DNA of 55,897 nucleotides from Pseudomonadota bacterium (GTDB lineage Bacteria; Bdellovibrionota_F; JAHFAK01; JBDREC01): NCBI GenBank assembly GCA_043820105.1, contig JBDREC010000081.1, positions 1 to 55,897 of the forward strand, read 5' to 3'. Shown piece by piece: positions 19,727 to 28,388 of this stretch (position 1 is its first letter; each line of letters starts with the position of its first letter). The notes under the pieces were generated by a model. It saw only the letters and a program-made list of their open reading frames with translations, ran no database searches and was not told where the DNA came from. The position numbers and the translations under genes were made by a program.

Positions 19727-19846
19727 TTGAGAATTGAAAATTGATTATTGCTTATTGAAAATTAACGGTTTGAATAATTAATAATCAATAAATAACAATT
19801 AATAATTAATTCAAAATCCAAAATCCAAAATTCAAAATTCATAATT
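19727..19846. repeat. TTGAnnn-family hairpin plus (YCAAAAT)n tract between dsrE2 and tusA
   Basis: ttgagaattgaaaattgattattgcttattga...; tcaaaatccaaaatccaaaattcaaaattc. Confidence 0.82.
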
Positions 19847-19860
19847 TACAACTAGTCCGG

Positions 19861-20400
19861 CTATACAAACAATTGCACCTTGCTCTTCTGCGCCTCAGCT
19901 AAAAAAGTAGCTACTCCACAATACTTCAAATTTGGATAATCTATCATTTCTTCTCTTTTGAATCCCATTAAGTCCATTGACATTTCGCAAATGTTTATTT
20001 GTACGTCAAGTTGTGCTGCGAGATCTAAAAGTTGTTCGACTGATTGAACATTTTTCTTTTTCATTAAACCTTTGAGCATTGCTGTTCCAGCTCCGGCCAT
20101 ATTCATTTTAGAAAGCTTGGCTTGGCTGCTACCTTTTGGAAGCATAAATCCAAACATTTTTGACATGAAGTCCTTGCCTTTTACTGTTTTCTTTTTATCT
20201 CTTAGAGAAGCTGTAGCCCAAAAGGTATAAAATAAAACTACTTTCATTCCCATCGCAGCAGATCCAGTTGCAATAATAAGACTTGCCAGGAGTTTGTCTA
20301 GATCTCCTGAAAACACAACCATTGAAACTTGATTTTCTTGACCAGGCTTTAGCTTATTTAACTGATTTTGCATTTCATTTACTTGTTTTTCTAAATCCAT
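19861..20400 (-). CDS. DsrE2/DsrE-family sulfur relay protein
   Basis: VVFSGDLDK, FYTFW, LSKMNMAGAG, ICEMSMDLMG and GVATFL motifs. Start placed at MDLEK. Confidence 0.9.
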   Translation of the reverse strand: MDLEKQVNEMQNQLNKLKPGQENQVSMVVFSGDLDKLLASLIIATGSAAMGMKVVLFYTFWATASLRDKKKTVKGKDFMSKMFGFMLPKGSSQAKLSKMNMAGAGTAMLKGLMKKKNVQSVEQLLDLAAQLDVQINICEMSMDLMGFKREEMIDYPNLKYCGVATFLAEAQKSKVQLFV

Positions 20401-20528
20401 TTTATTTAGCCCTTTCAATATATAAGTATCTATATATATATATAGACATAGGCATTGTGAAGATAAAAATCAAGGAAAAAATGTAGGATTTTTAATTTTA
20501 TGGATCAGTTAATTATTTTATAATAAAG

Positions 20529-21020
20529 TTACTTGGCAAAAGCTGACTTTATTTTGGATTTGATATTTGAAAAAAAGGCTTTCCAGTTTTGTGTAAAAAA
20601 AGCCATGATTCCACCTAATATTCCTGCTGTGCCTCCACCAATTACGCAAGCTGGTTGGCCGCAATGTGGACAAACTGCAAACATTAATAAAAAACCAGTT
20701 AAGGCTATCCACCAGGCGATGAATCTAAAAAAGAATTTGTAGAAAAAACCAACATTGGAAGATTTCAATATTTCTTTGGCTTTTGAGGATTTTAATAGTT
20801 TCTTAAAATCTGAATAAGTAATTTTTTTAAGTTCTTTATTGATTTCAAAGTCAAAACTTTCATTGTTATCAAGTTTTATGTTAATTTGAAGCTTATTTTG
20901 CTTTATTTCATCAATATTAATAATGGATTTATCATTTAATTGGAATGACTTCTTAATCCATGCTTTTAATACTTCTGACCCTGAGTCAAGCTTGTGCTTG
21001 TGATTATGTACGATAAGCAC
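20529..21020 (-). CDS. Hypothetical membrane protein with a CPHCGQPAC motif between two TM helices
   Basis: GTG start after AAGGGG; His-rich N-terminus HNHKH; two hydrophobic segments flank CxxCxxxxC. Confidence 0.7.
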   Translation of the reverse strand: MLIVHNHKHKLDSGSEVLKAWIKKSFQLNDKSIINIDEIKQNKLQINIKLDNNESFDFEINKELKKITYSDFKKLLKSSKAKEILKSSNVGFFYKFFFRFIAWWIALTGFLLMFAVCPHCGQPACVIGGGTAGILGGIMAFFTQNWKAFFSNIKSKIKSAFAK

Positions 21021-21038
21021 TTTTTCCCCTTACAATCA

Positions 21039-21144
21039 TTGAAAATTGAAAATTGATTGTTGATTATTGAAAATTAATAAACTCTAAATTGATAATAATC
21101 AATATTTAATTAATAATTACCCTACAAGCTACTAGCTACCAGCT
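21039..21144. repeat. TTGAnnn-family hairpin plus (AGCTACn) tract directly downstream of the four-helix-bundle gene
   Basis: ttgaaaattgaaaattgattgttgattattga...aataatcaat; ccctacaagctactagctaccagct. Confidence 0.82.
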
Positions 21145-21160
21145 TGTCCGAGCAAGAACC

Positions 21161-21496
21161 TTATTTTAATTTGCTAATCAAAAAAACGATTTGGTCGAAG
21201 ATTCTTTGGAAGTGTGTTTTTTTCTTAAAAGAGATTTGTTTTTTGGAATATAAGTTTTCTAATAAATCACAACACCTACTAGCAGACTTTTTTGATTTCT
21301 CAAAATGTATTTTTCTTTTTTCTTCTATTTCAGATTCAGCACCATAAGCTAAATTAATAGTCAGTTCCATGGTCTCGTTATTGAGCTTTGCCTTAAGGCT
21401 TGCATAATCTTCTTCGATCATTTTGAGATCAGATAAGAGTTGTCCAATCACATCAACTGACCGCTTATAACAATCAAACTCTTCATAAAATTTCAT
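21161..21496 (-). CDS. Divergent four-helix-bundle protein (23S rRNA IVP / Avd-like family)
   Basis: 111 aa. FYEEFDCYKRS resembles F..L.V.QKS, LTINLAYG resembles I..NIAEG, HFEKSKKSASRC resembles F..IA.GS..EC; basic C-terminus LISKLK. Confidence 0.7.
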   Translation of the reverse strand: MKFYEEFDCYKRSVDVIGQLLSDLKMIEEDYASLKAKLNNETMELTINLAYGAESEIEEKRKIHFEKSKKSASRCCDLLENLYSKKQISFKKKTHFQRIFDQIVFLISKLK

Positions 21497-21567
21497 TTCT
21501 CTAATCTCCTATTTGAAGAAAATCTTTTTTTTAACTTTTGGCTTTTTGCCTTATAAAATATAGATTT

Positions 21568-21583
21568 TGCAATAAGTGTGCCA
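21568..21583 (-). promoter_or_regulatory. Consensus sigma54 promoter upstream of the four-helix-bundle gene
   Basis: Minus strand TGGCACACTTATTGCA (TGGCAC-N5-TTGCA). Confidence 0.85.
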
Positions 21584-21723
21584 AATTGGTTTCAAAAGCG
21601 GTGCTTAATAATTACAGTAGCTTAGCTCGAAAATAACAAAAAAATTATTTTAAATATGCTTACTTATTTTACTTTTTGTAAAATAATTATTTTTTACTTA
21701 ACAAGTTTGTAGAATGTGTGTAA

Positions 21724-21816
21724 AAGGGAACAAGGGAACAAGAGCGCAAGGGAACAAGGGAATGGGAAAAATATTATTATTTCTTGTTCTCATGTTCTCT
21801 TGTTCTTTTGTTCTCT
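21724..21816. repeat. Octamer-built hairpin, (CAAGGGAA)n and (TTCTCTTG)n arms, before the symporter RBS
   Basis: aagggaacaagggaacaagagcgcaagggaacaagggaa ... ttcttgttctcatgttctcttgttcttttgttctct. Confidence 0.85.
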
Positions 21817-21830
21817 AATTAGGAGAGAAA

Positions 21831-23075
21831 ATGGGAAAACTAAAACTTCATTGGCAGGTTGTAATTGCCATGGCAATTGGGATAATTGCTGGTCTTATTT
21901 TGCAGCATATTTATAATGGTGAACCAGAGGGAAGTGCGTTTGCTTTAATTTCATCTCTTGGTACTATCTTTATAAGACTTTTAAAAATGGTCATTGTTCC
22001 TCTTATTTTTACATCAATTGTTAGTGGAGTTTCAGGAATTTCTGAGGGTAAAAAGTTGGGTCGGGTTGGCATTAAGACCTTAATATATTATGTTACAACA
22101 AGTTTTTTTGCGGTCATGATAGGTCTTTTATTAACAAATTTTATTAAGCCAGGTGTTGGAGTTTCTTTTGAAAATGCCAAAAACTTTGATCCAAGTAATT
22201 TAAATACTCCAGGTTCTCCTCTTGAAATAATAATTAGAATGATTCCACTTAATCCTTTTGAAGCAGCAGCAACAGGAGATATGCTTGGAATAATTTTTTT
22301 TGCTATCTTTCTTGGTTTTGTAATTAATAAGTTAAATCCTGAACACCGTGATTTTTTGAGGAAATTATTCCAGGCTTTTTTTGAAGCTATGATGAAGATA
22401 ACTTCAGTTGTTATATTGCTTTTGCCAATAGGAGTATTTGGACTTATTACAAAAGCTGTAGCTACCTCTGGTTTTGGAGTCTTTACAGCTGTTGGCAAAT
22501 ATATGCTTACAATAGCCTCAGGTCTTACGATTCATGTATTTATTACTATTCCAATAATATTTTATCTTATTACCAGAATAAATCCTTTAAAACATTTTAA
22601 AGCAGTAAGCGAAGCAATGATAACTGCTTTTTCAACATCTTCTTCTAATGCTACTTTGCCTGTTACGATTAGGTGCGTTGAGGAAAAAGCAAAAGTTTCA
22701 AATGAAATAACAAGTTTTGTGATACCAATGGGTGCAACTGTTAACATGGATGGAACAGCTCTTTATGAATGTGCTGGTGTAATTTTCATTGCTCAAGTCC
22801 TTGGAATTGATTTAAGCCTTACTCAGCAGTTTGTGATAGTATTAACAGCCCTTTTAGCTTCAATTGGAGCAGCAGGAATTCCAAGTGCTGGCTTAGTTAT
22901 GATTTTTATAGTTACTCAGGCTGTTGGCTTTAATGATACTGACGTTGCTATGATAATTGGAACAATGCTAGCAGTTGATAGACCTCTTGATATGTTTAGG
23001 ACCGTTGTTAATGTTACAAGTGATAGTTTTGGCGCGGCTATTATTGCAAAAACTGAAGGGGAAGAGCTTTATTGA
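21831..23075 (+). CDS. Dicarboxylate/amino acid:cation symporter (GltP/GltPh family)
   Basis: TAFSTSSSNATLP, NMDGTALY and DMFRTVVNVTSD motifs. Confidence 0.95.
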   Translation: MGKLKLHWQVVIAMAIGIIAGLILQHIYNGEPEGSAFALISSLGTIFIRLLKMVIVPLIFTSIVSGVSGISEGKKLGRVGIKTLIYYVTTSFFAVMIGLLLTNFIKPGVGVSFENAKNFDPSNLNTPGSPLEIIIRMIPLNPFEAAATGDMLGIIFFAIFLGFVINKLNPEHRDFLRKLFQAFFEAMMKITSVVILLLPIGVFGLITKAVATSGFGVFTAVGKYMLTIASGLTIHVFITIPIIFYLITRINPLKHFKAVSEAMITAFSTSSSNATLPVTIRCVEEKAKVSNEITSFVIPMGATVNMDGTALYECAGVIFIAQVLGIDLSLTQQFVIVLTALLASIGAAGIPSAGLVMIFIVTQAVGFNDTDVAMIIGTMLAVDRPLDMFRTVVNVTSDSFGAAIIAKTEGEELY

Positions 23076-23081
23076 AGGGGC

Positions 23082-23106
23082 AAGTGGTAAGTGGTAAGGG
23101 GTAAGT
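23082..23106. repeat. (AAGTGGT)n tract after the symporter stop codon
   Basis: aagtggtaagtggtaaggggtaagt. Confidence 0.85.
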
Positions 23107-23258
23107 AAATGTCATTTTAGTTAAATATATTACTCTGTGTGTTTTAAGGAACAGATTGTTTCAAATTTTTTTTACCTGAAACAAAAACTGAAAAGTAAGT
23201 TTTAGAAGTTTTCGCATTAAGTGTTTAAGTTTAAAGAATATTATTAGAAATATATTTT

Positions 23259-23274
23259 TGGTATAGTTTTTGCT
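23259..23274 (+). promoter_or_regulatory. sigma54 promoter upstream of desulfoferrodoxin-rubrerythrin
   Basis: TGGTATAGTTTTTGCT (GG-N10-GC), with TGTTTCA...TGAAACA half-sites at 23157-23183. Confidence 0.65.
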
Positions 23275-23352
23275 AAAAGAGTAAGACAAATTAAAAGGCT
23301 AATAAATAAATTTGACTTGCAAGATAATTTAAAAAGTCGTATGTGGCAATTC

Positions 23353-23402
23353 GTAAGTTGTAAGTAAGCACTTACCACTTACCACTTACCCCTTACCACT
23401 TA
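23353..23402. repeat. (CTTACCA)n tract before the dfx RBS, with a short left arm
   Basis: gtaagttgtaagt aagc acttaccacttaccacttaccccttaccactta. Confidence 0.88.
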
Positions 23403-23416
23403 AAATCGAGGTAAAT

Positions 23417-23791
23417 ATGACAGAAAGATTACAAGTTTATAAGTGTAATTTATGTGGAAACATAGTATCTGTAATGCATGCTGCAGCTGGAGAACTTGTC
23501 TGCTGTGGACAAGCAATGAATCTATTAACTGAAAACACAACTGACGCTGCAACTGAAAAGCATGTTCCCGTTGTCAAAGAATGTGATGGCAAGCTTTGTG
23601 TTAAAGTCGGTGAAGTAGCGCACCCAATGCAAGAGGATCATTATATAGAATGGATTGAAATTATTGACAATGGAAATAGCCATGTCAAATATTTAAAACC
23701 TGGCGAAAAACCTGAAGCAAGCTTTTGCAAAAAAAGTGACAATGTAATTGTTAGAGAATATTGTAATTTACATGGACTTTGGAAGAAATAA
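23417..23791 (+). CDS. dfx: Desulfoferrodoxin (2Fe superoxide reductase)
   Basis: YKCNLCGN...CCG, EKHVP, HPM..DHYIEWI and YCNLHGLW motifs. Confidence 0.96.
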   Translation: MTERLQVYKCNLCGNIVSVMHAAAGELVCCGQAMNLLTENTTDAATEKHVPVVKECDGKLCVKVGEVAHPMQEDHYIEWIEIIDNGNSHVKYLKPGEKPEASFCKKSDNVIVREYCNLHGLWKK

Positions 23792-23796
23792 GAATA

Positions 23797-23849
23797 AGTA
23801 TTCAGTATTCAGTATTTGGTATTCATTATACACCCTGAATACTGAATAC
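23797..23849. repeat. (AGTATTC)n / (GAATACT)n heptamer hairpin between dfx and rbr
   Basis: agtattcagtattcagtatttggtattca ... ctgaatactgaatac. Confidence 0.85.
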
Positions 23850-23897
23850 AAACCTAAGCATTATAGCATGGTAATTTGAATAAAGGAGATTATTAAA

Positions 23898-24473
23898 ATG
23901 ACTCAATTAAAAGGATCAAAAACTGAAAGTAATTTATTAAAAGCTTTTGCAGGCGAATCACAAGCTAGAAATAGATATGATTATTTCGCTAAACAGGCCA
24001 AAAAAGAAGGTTATGAGCAGATTTCAGCAATTTTTACAGAAACTGCTTTAAATGAAAAAGAACATGCTAAACGTCTGTTTAAATTTTTAGAAGGCGGTGA
24101 GCTTGAAATAACAGCAGGTTTTCCAGCTGGCAAGATTGGAACAACTGTTGAAAACTTGAAAGAATCAGCATGCGGAGAAAATTACGAATACACAACAATG
24201 TATCCTGAATTTGCAAATACTGCTGAAGAAGAGGGCTTTTCTGAAATTTCTGCTGTTTTTAAATCAATTGCAGTAGCTGAGAAACATCATGAAGAAAGAT
24301 ATCTTGATTTTGTTAAAAATATTGAAAATTGTTCTGTTTTTATAAAAGCAGAATGTGTTAGTTGGAGATGCAGGAATTGTGGATATGTTCGTGAAGGAAG
24401 CTCAGCACTTGAAAAATGTCCAGCATGTGCTCATCCAAAAGCATATTTTGAAATAACTCAGAAAAACTGGTAA
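23898..24473 (+). CDS. rbr: Rubrerythrin
   Basis: [12 protein letters not shown], two EKxH diiron motifs, C-terminal CRNCGY...CPACAHP. Confidence 0.96.
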   Translation: MTQLKGSKTESNLLKAFAGESQARNRYDYFAKQAKKEGYEQISAIFTETALNEKEHAKRLFKFLEGGELEITAGFPAGKIGTTVENLKESACGENYEYTTMYPEFANTAEEEGFSEISAVFKSIAVAEKHHEERYLDFVKNIENCSVFIKAECVSWRCRNCGYVREGSSALEKCPACAHPKAYFEITQKNW

Positions 24474-24579
24474 ATTCCTTCAAAATTATTGCATATCTAA
24501 ATAATAAATTTCATTGCATTTTTCAGATTATTTTATACTATTAAAAAACTTGTTAAACACTTTATTATTTAGGTATTTT

Positions 24580-25422
24580 GTGAAAAAACATATAGATTCC
24601 GTTGAAAATGATTCCCCGGCCAATTGTCCGAAAAAGTCTTTAGAAGAGCTAGAAAATCTAAATACAAAACTTGATAAGCTGGTTGAGGAAAAAACGAGAC
24701 AGCTTCAAGATAGCATGAGGTTCAAATCCTTTTTAATGTCCTATTTAAATCATGAAGTTAGGAAACATTTAAATACAATTGTTGGATATTCATCTCTTGT
24801 TTATGAAGATTTGGCAGATGATGATATTTCCACCAAAAATAATATATCCTATATTTTATCAAGCTCAGAAAATATTTTAAAACTGATTAATGATGTTGTG
24901 GAATATAGTAGAATAGATAAAAATAAAGACCAGCCTTTTGAAGATTACATTAAAATCGAAAATTTAATTGAGATTGAAATAGATATTTATAAAAATGAAA
25001 TAATACAGAAGGGAAATGAAATATCACACGCGAAAACTAAAGACATTCCTATATTTTTAGGTGACGCCAAGCAAATTTCAAAGATTATTGGCAATATGAT
25101 CGCAAATGCTAATAAATATACAAAAAGAGGTAAGATTGAAATTGAATCAACTGAAATAAATGGCGAAGCTTGCATAACTTTCAAAGATACAGGGATTGGA
25201 ATTAGTGAAGATTATAAAAACAATTTATTTCTTGAAAAGAATTTATTTGATATGAATCTTAATCTTCCTGGTACAGGCATGCAGGTTGCTTTAGCTAAAG
25301 TGTTTACAGAAGCACATGGAGGAAGAATAGAATTTGAATCTGTTCACAAGAAAGGATCAACTTTCTGGGTTTATCTACCGATTAATGTTGATGGCAAGAT
25401 CAAGGAAAAGGATGCCAGATGA
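24580..25422 (+). CDS. Cytoplasmic histidine kinase without an evident sensor domain
   Basis: H-box NHEVR, N-box NANKYT, G1 DTGIGI, atypical G2 GTGMQV. Start placed at GTG 24580. Confidence 0.85.
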   Translation: MKKHIDSVENDSPANCPKKSLEELENLNTKLDKLVEEKTRQLQDSMRFKSFLMSYLNHEVRKHLNTIVGYSSLVYEDLADDDISTKNNISYILSSSENILKLINDVVEYSRIDKNKDQPFEDYIKIENLIEIEIDIYKNEIIQKGNEISHAKTKDIPIFLGDAKQISKIIGNMIANANKYTKRGKIEIESTEINGEACITFKDTGIGISEDYKNNLFLEKNLFDMNLNLPGTGMQVALAKVFTEAHGGRIEFESVHKKGSTFWVYLPINVDGKIKEKDAR

Positions 25423-26543
25423 CTTTCATTCAAAAAGAAAAAGTTTTGGTTATAGATGAGGATCCTATTCATTTAAACCTCATGCAAACTTATTTAAAGA
25501 GCATGAAATTAGATATGATAACTTCTGATGATGCAGTGCTTGGGCTTAAACTTTTTAAAGATAACTCACCTTTAATTGTTATTCTTGATGTTTCCTTAAA
25601 AAATAATCCAGGATATGAAGTATGTAAAAAAATGAGAGCTGCCGAAAAAGAAAGGGGTAGCTATACACCAATTATTGTTGTTACTTCATTATTCGAAAAG
25701 GAAGATTTTGTTAAAATATTTGAATCTGGAGCTGATGATTACATTCTTAAACCGTATAGGAGATATGAGCTGGAAGCAAGGATCAAATCTGCAATCAAGC
25801 TCAAACAATATCATAAGCAGATAATAGAAAAAAATGACACCCTGAAGAGACTTATTAAGGTTAAGGATGAGTTTCTTTCAATGATAACCCATGATGTTAA
25901 AAACTATATTACAGCTATAACTATTGCTTCTTCGACCTTAGCAGATGAAAAAGTTTCTGAGTCAAAAGAGGACTACATGATGCTTGCATCCATGATTGCC
26001 CGCAAATCTAAACTTGTTGGAGATGTTATTTCAGATCTGCTAACAAGCGCTAAGCAAGAACTCGGCAAAATTAATCTGAATCTTAAAAAAGTTGATATTA
26101 AAGAGCTTCTAAAGGAAATGTATGATAATTTAGTTCATGCTAACCCAGGTCTTAATCGAAATGTTTTATTAGAAGTTGAAGATAATCTTCCAGAAATAGA
26201 ATTGGATATTGCTAAAATTGACGAGGTTGTTACTAACTTATTTATTAATGCAACCAAGTTCACTCATGAAGGTGGCAGGATCTTGATACAAGCCAAAAAC
26301 TTTAATGACCATAAAATTGTTGTTAATATTGAGGATAATGGTATAGGTATTCCAACTGCAAAATTAGATTCAATTTTTGATAAGTTTGAGCAAATTTCTA
26401 AATATGATGGCAAGGGTTCTGGTTTAGGTCTTGCTATTTGTAAAAATATTATAGAAGCTCATGGTGGAGATATTTGGGCTGAAAGTGTTCCCGGTAATTG
26501 GAGTAAATTTTCATTTACTCTTTTTAAGAAGCAAAACAAATAA
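25419..26543 (+). CDS. Hybrid response regulator-histidine kinase
   Basis: Receiver (VIDED, ILDV, GADDYILKP) followed by THDVKN, NATKFT, DNGIGI and GSGLGL. Confidence 0.92.
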   Translation: MTFIQKEKVLVIDEDPIHLNLMQTYLKSMKLDMITSDDAVLGLKLFKDNSPLIVILDVSLKNNPGYEVCKKMRAAEKERGSYTPIIVVTSLFEKEDFVKIFESGADDYILKPYRRYELEARIKSAIKLKQYHKQIIEKNDTLKRLIKVKDEFLSMITHDVKNYITAITIASSTLADEKVSESKEDYMMLASMIARKSKLVGDVISDLLTSAKQELGKINLNLKKVDIKELLKEMYDNLVHANPGLNRNVLLEVEDNLPEIELDIAKIDEVVTNLFINATKFTHEGGRILIQAKNFNDHKIVVNIEDNGIGIPTAKLDSIFDKFEQISKYDGKGSGLGLAICKNIIEAHGGDIWAESVPGNWSKFSFTLFKKQNK

Positions 26544-26574
26544 TAATATTAATAGTACCGAATGGAGTAAAAAA

Positions 26575-26958
26575 GTGGAAGATATTAAGAAAATATTATT
26601 AGTTGATGATGATGAAGACATTTTGTTTGCATTAAGTCACAGATTCAAATTAGATAAATTTCATGTTCTTACATGTTCTGATGCAACAAAGACTATAATG
26701 GTTGTTGAAGAAGAAAAGCCGCATTTAATTATTCTTGATGTAATGATGCCCAATATTAGCGGTTTAGATCTTATTAAGAAACTCAAAAGAAATGACCTGA
26801 CAAAGAAAATACCAGTAATTATTTACACTGCTAAACCTAAAATGAGGGATGTCTTTATTTTAGAGGGTGCTGAAGATTTAATTGCAAAACCCTTTGAATA
26901 TGATGAGCTTTTAAATAAAGTAAATAATCTTATTTTTAAGTACTGGTCAATTAAGTAG
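26575..26958 (+). CDS. Single-domain response regulator
   Basis: LLVDDD, ILDVMMP and KPF motifs; GTG start after GGAG. Confidence 0.9.
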   Translation: MEDIKKILLVDDDEDILFALSHRFKLDKFHVLTCSDATKTIMVVEEEKPHLIILDVMMPNISGLDLIKKLKRNDLTKKIPVIIYTAKPKMRDVFILEGAEDLIAKPFEYDELLNKVNNLIFKYWSIK

Positions 26959-27005
26959 AAACACTTTCTTTAAATATTTCGCTTTAAGTTTATTGCTTGC
27001 ATCAC

Positions 27006-27167
27006 TTATTCCTGTTTTTCAAATTCATCTTTTCCAACTCCACATAATGGGCATGTCCAATCTTCAGGCACATTTTTCCAGGCAGTTCCTTCTTTAACTC
27101 CATTATCTGGATCGCCTTGTGCTGGGTCATAAACATAACCACATGCTATGCATACATATTTATCCAT
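27006..27167 (-). CDS. Rubredoxin (not in the ORF track)
   Basis: Manual translation [62 protein letters not shown]. Confidence 0.97.
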   Translation of the reverse strand: MDKYVCIACGYVYDPAQGDPDNGVKEGTAWKNVPEDWTCPLCGVGKDEFEKQE

Positions 27168-27193
27168 GGTAAAAGTCCTTTCGCATAAGCAGG

Positions 27194-27260
27194 GCTATCA
27201 GTTTCCTGCTATCAGCTATCAGCAAACAAAGCTGAAAGCTGAAGGCTAAAAGCTGACAGC
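27194..27260. repeat. (GCTATCA)n / (GCTGAnA)n heptamer hairpin upstream of rubredoxin
   Basis: gctatcagtttcctgctatcagctatcagc aaacaaa gctgaaagctgaaggctaaaagctgacagc. Confidence 0.85.
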
Positions 27261-27308
27261 TTAATTGTTAATTTTCACTTTAAATTATTATTAATAGCAT
27301 TGCTCTAA

Positions 27309-27743
27309 TTAGTCAATAAAACCTTTATCCTTTAAAAAATTTCTAACTCTATTTTTCCAAGCAAGCTCGAGATTTGATAGTTTATAAAATGCAGCGCGAA
27401 TTTCATCTGTAGGTGAAATTTCATAAAGTTGATTATACAGCTTGTAACCATGATTCTGTGAATTATAAGCTTCATGTAAAATATCTATCTCTGTAAGGTT
27501 TTCATTTGGTTTTTCATAACTAATACTTTCCTGGATTTTTAGCAGTGATTCTTTATCGTACTTATCCATGTCCTTTTTATAGATCTGCTTTAAAATTTCT
27601 TTATGCTCATATTCTTCCTGAGCCAGCTCATTAAATATTTTTATAAAATCATCTTCCTTTGATTTGCCTGCTAATAAAGAAAAATAATTATAATAAAAAT
27701 CTTCTCTTTCTATTAACTTTTTTATCAATTTCTTAGCATCCAT
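27309..27743 (-). CDS. Ferritin-like / rubrerythrin-like diiron protein, second site degenerate
   Basis: IERE..YY, LAQEEYEH; second repeat LSNLELAW lacks the ExxH His. Confidence 0.75.
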   Translation of the reverse strand: MDAKKLIKKLIEREDFYYNYFSLLAGKSKEDDFIKIFNELAQEEYEHKEILKQIYKKDMDKYDKESLLKIQESISYEKPNENLTEIDILHEAYNSQNHGYKLYNQLYEISPTDEIRAAFYKLSNLELAWKNRVRNFLKDKGFID

Positions 27744-27801
27744 TTACCCCCCCTTTCAAAGTAAGATATAGTAAATTATGAACCTGATTTATTGTTTTAC
27801 A

Positions 27802-27828
27802 GAATACTGAATACCAAATACTAAATAC
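27802..27828. repeat. (RAATACY)4 tract after the ferritin stop codon
   Basis: gaatactgaataccaaatactaaatac. Confidence 0.8.
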
Positions 27829-27832
27829 AAAA

Positions 27833-28339
27833 TTATAAATTTTGGGGTTCATTGAATACTCTTTGTCCAAGATCTTTATCTAAAACAAACACAGCTTCAC
27901 CTTTATCCCCAAAAAGTCTGAGCTTATCAATAATTTCATTTGCTGATTCTTCTTCTTCAACCTGTTCATCAATAAACCACTTTAAAAAGGATTCTGTAGC
28001 AAAATCATTTTCATCTCTTGAAAGCCTAGCGAGGTCATTTATTCTTTTTGTTACATATTGCTCATGTTCTAAAGTGTGTTGAAAAGCATTTAGTGGTGAT
28101 GACCATTCTATCTGTGGTGTTTCAATAGCTTCAAGTCTAACTCTTCCGCCTCTTGCTCCAATATAATTGAAAAATTTATCCCCATGAAATTTTTCCTCAG
28201 CTGCTTGAGCTTTCATCCATTTTGCAAAACCTTTAAGGCCAATTGAATCAAAATATGCTGACATTGATAGATATAAATAAGATGAAAAATATTCTTTATT
28301 TATTTGCTCATTAAGGGCTTTTTCCATTTTATCATTCAT
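27833..28339 (-). CDS. ftnA: Non-heme ferritin
   Basis: LNEQINKE.FSSYLYLSM, EEKFH, EHE and WFIDEQVEEE motifs. Confidence 0.95.
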   Translation of the reverse strand: MNDKMEKALNEQINKEYFSSYLYLSMSAYFDSIGLKGFAKWMKAQAAEEKFHGDKFFNYIGARGGRVRLEAIETPQIEWSSPLNAFQHTLEHEQYVTKRINDLARLSRDENDFATESFLKWFIDEQVEEEESANEIIDKLRLFGDKGEAVFVLDKDLGQRVFNEPQNL

Positions 28340-28388
28340 TGGTAAGTTCCTTTCATTGTTTTTATTTTATTAATTTAAAAGCAATTAT

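Noticed and set aside
21161-21496. Diversity-generating retroelement (Avd-like gene)
   Set aside because: No reverse transcriptase and no TR/VR pair differing at adenines were found in the window.
21716-21916. ORF 21716-21916 and the N-terminal extensions of the 5010, 38634 and 52099 ORFs
   Set aside because: These are translations of repeat tracts; better RBS-linked starts lie downstream.
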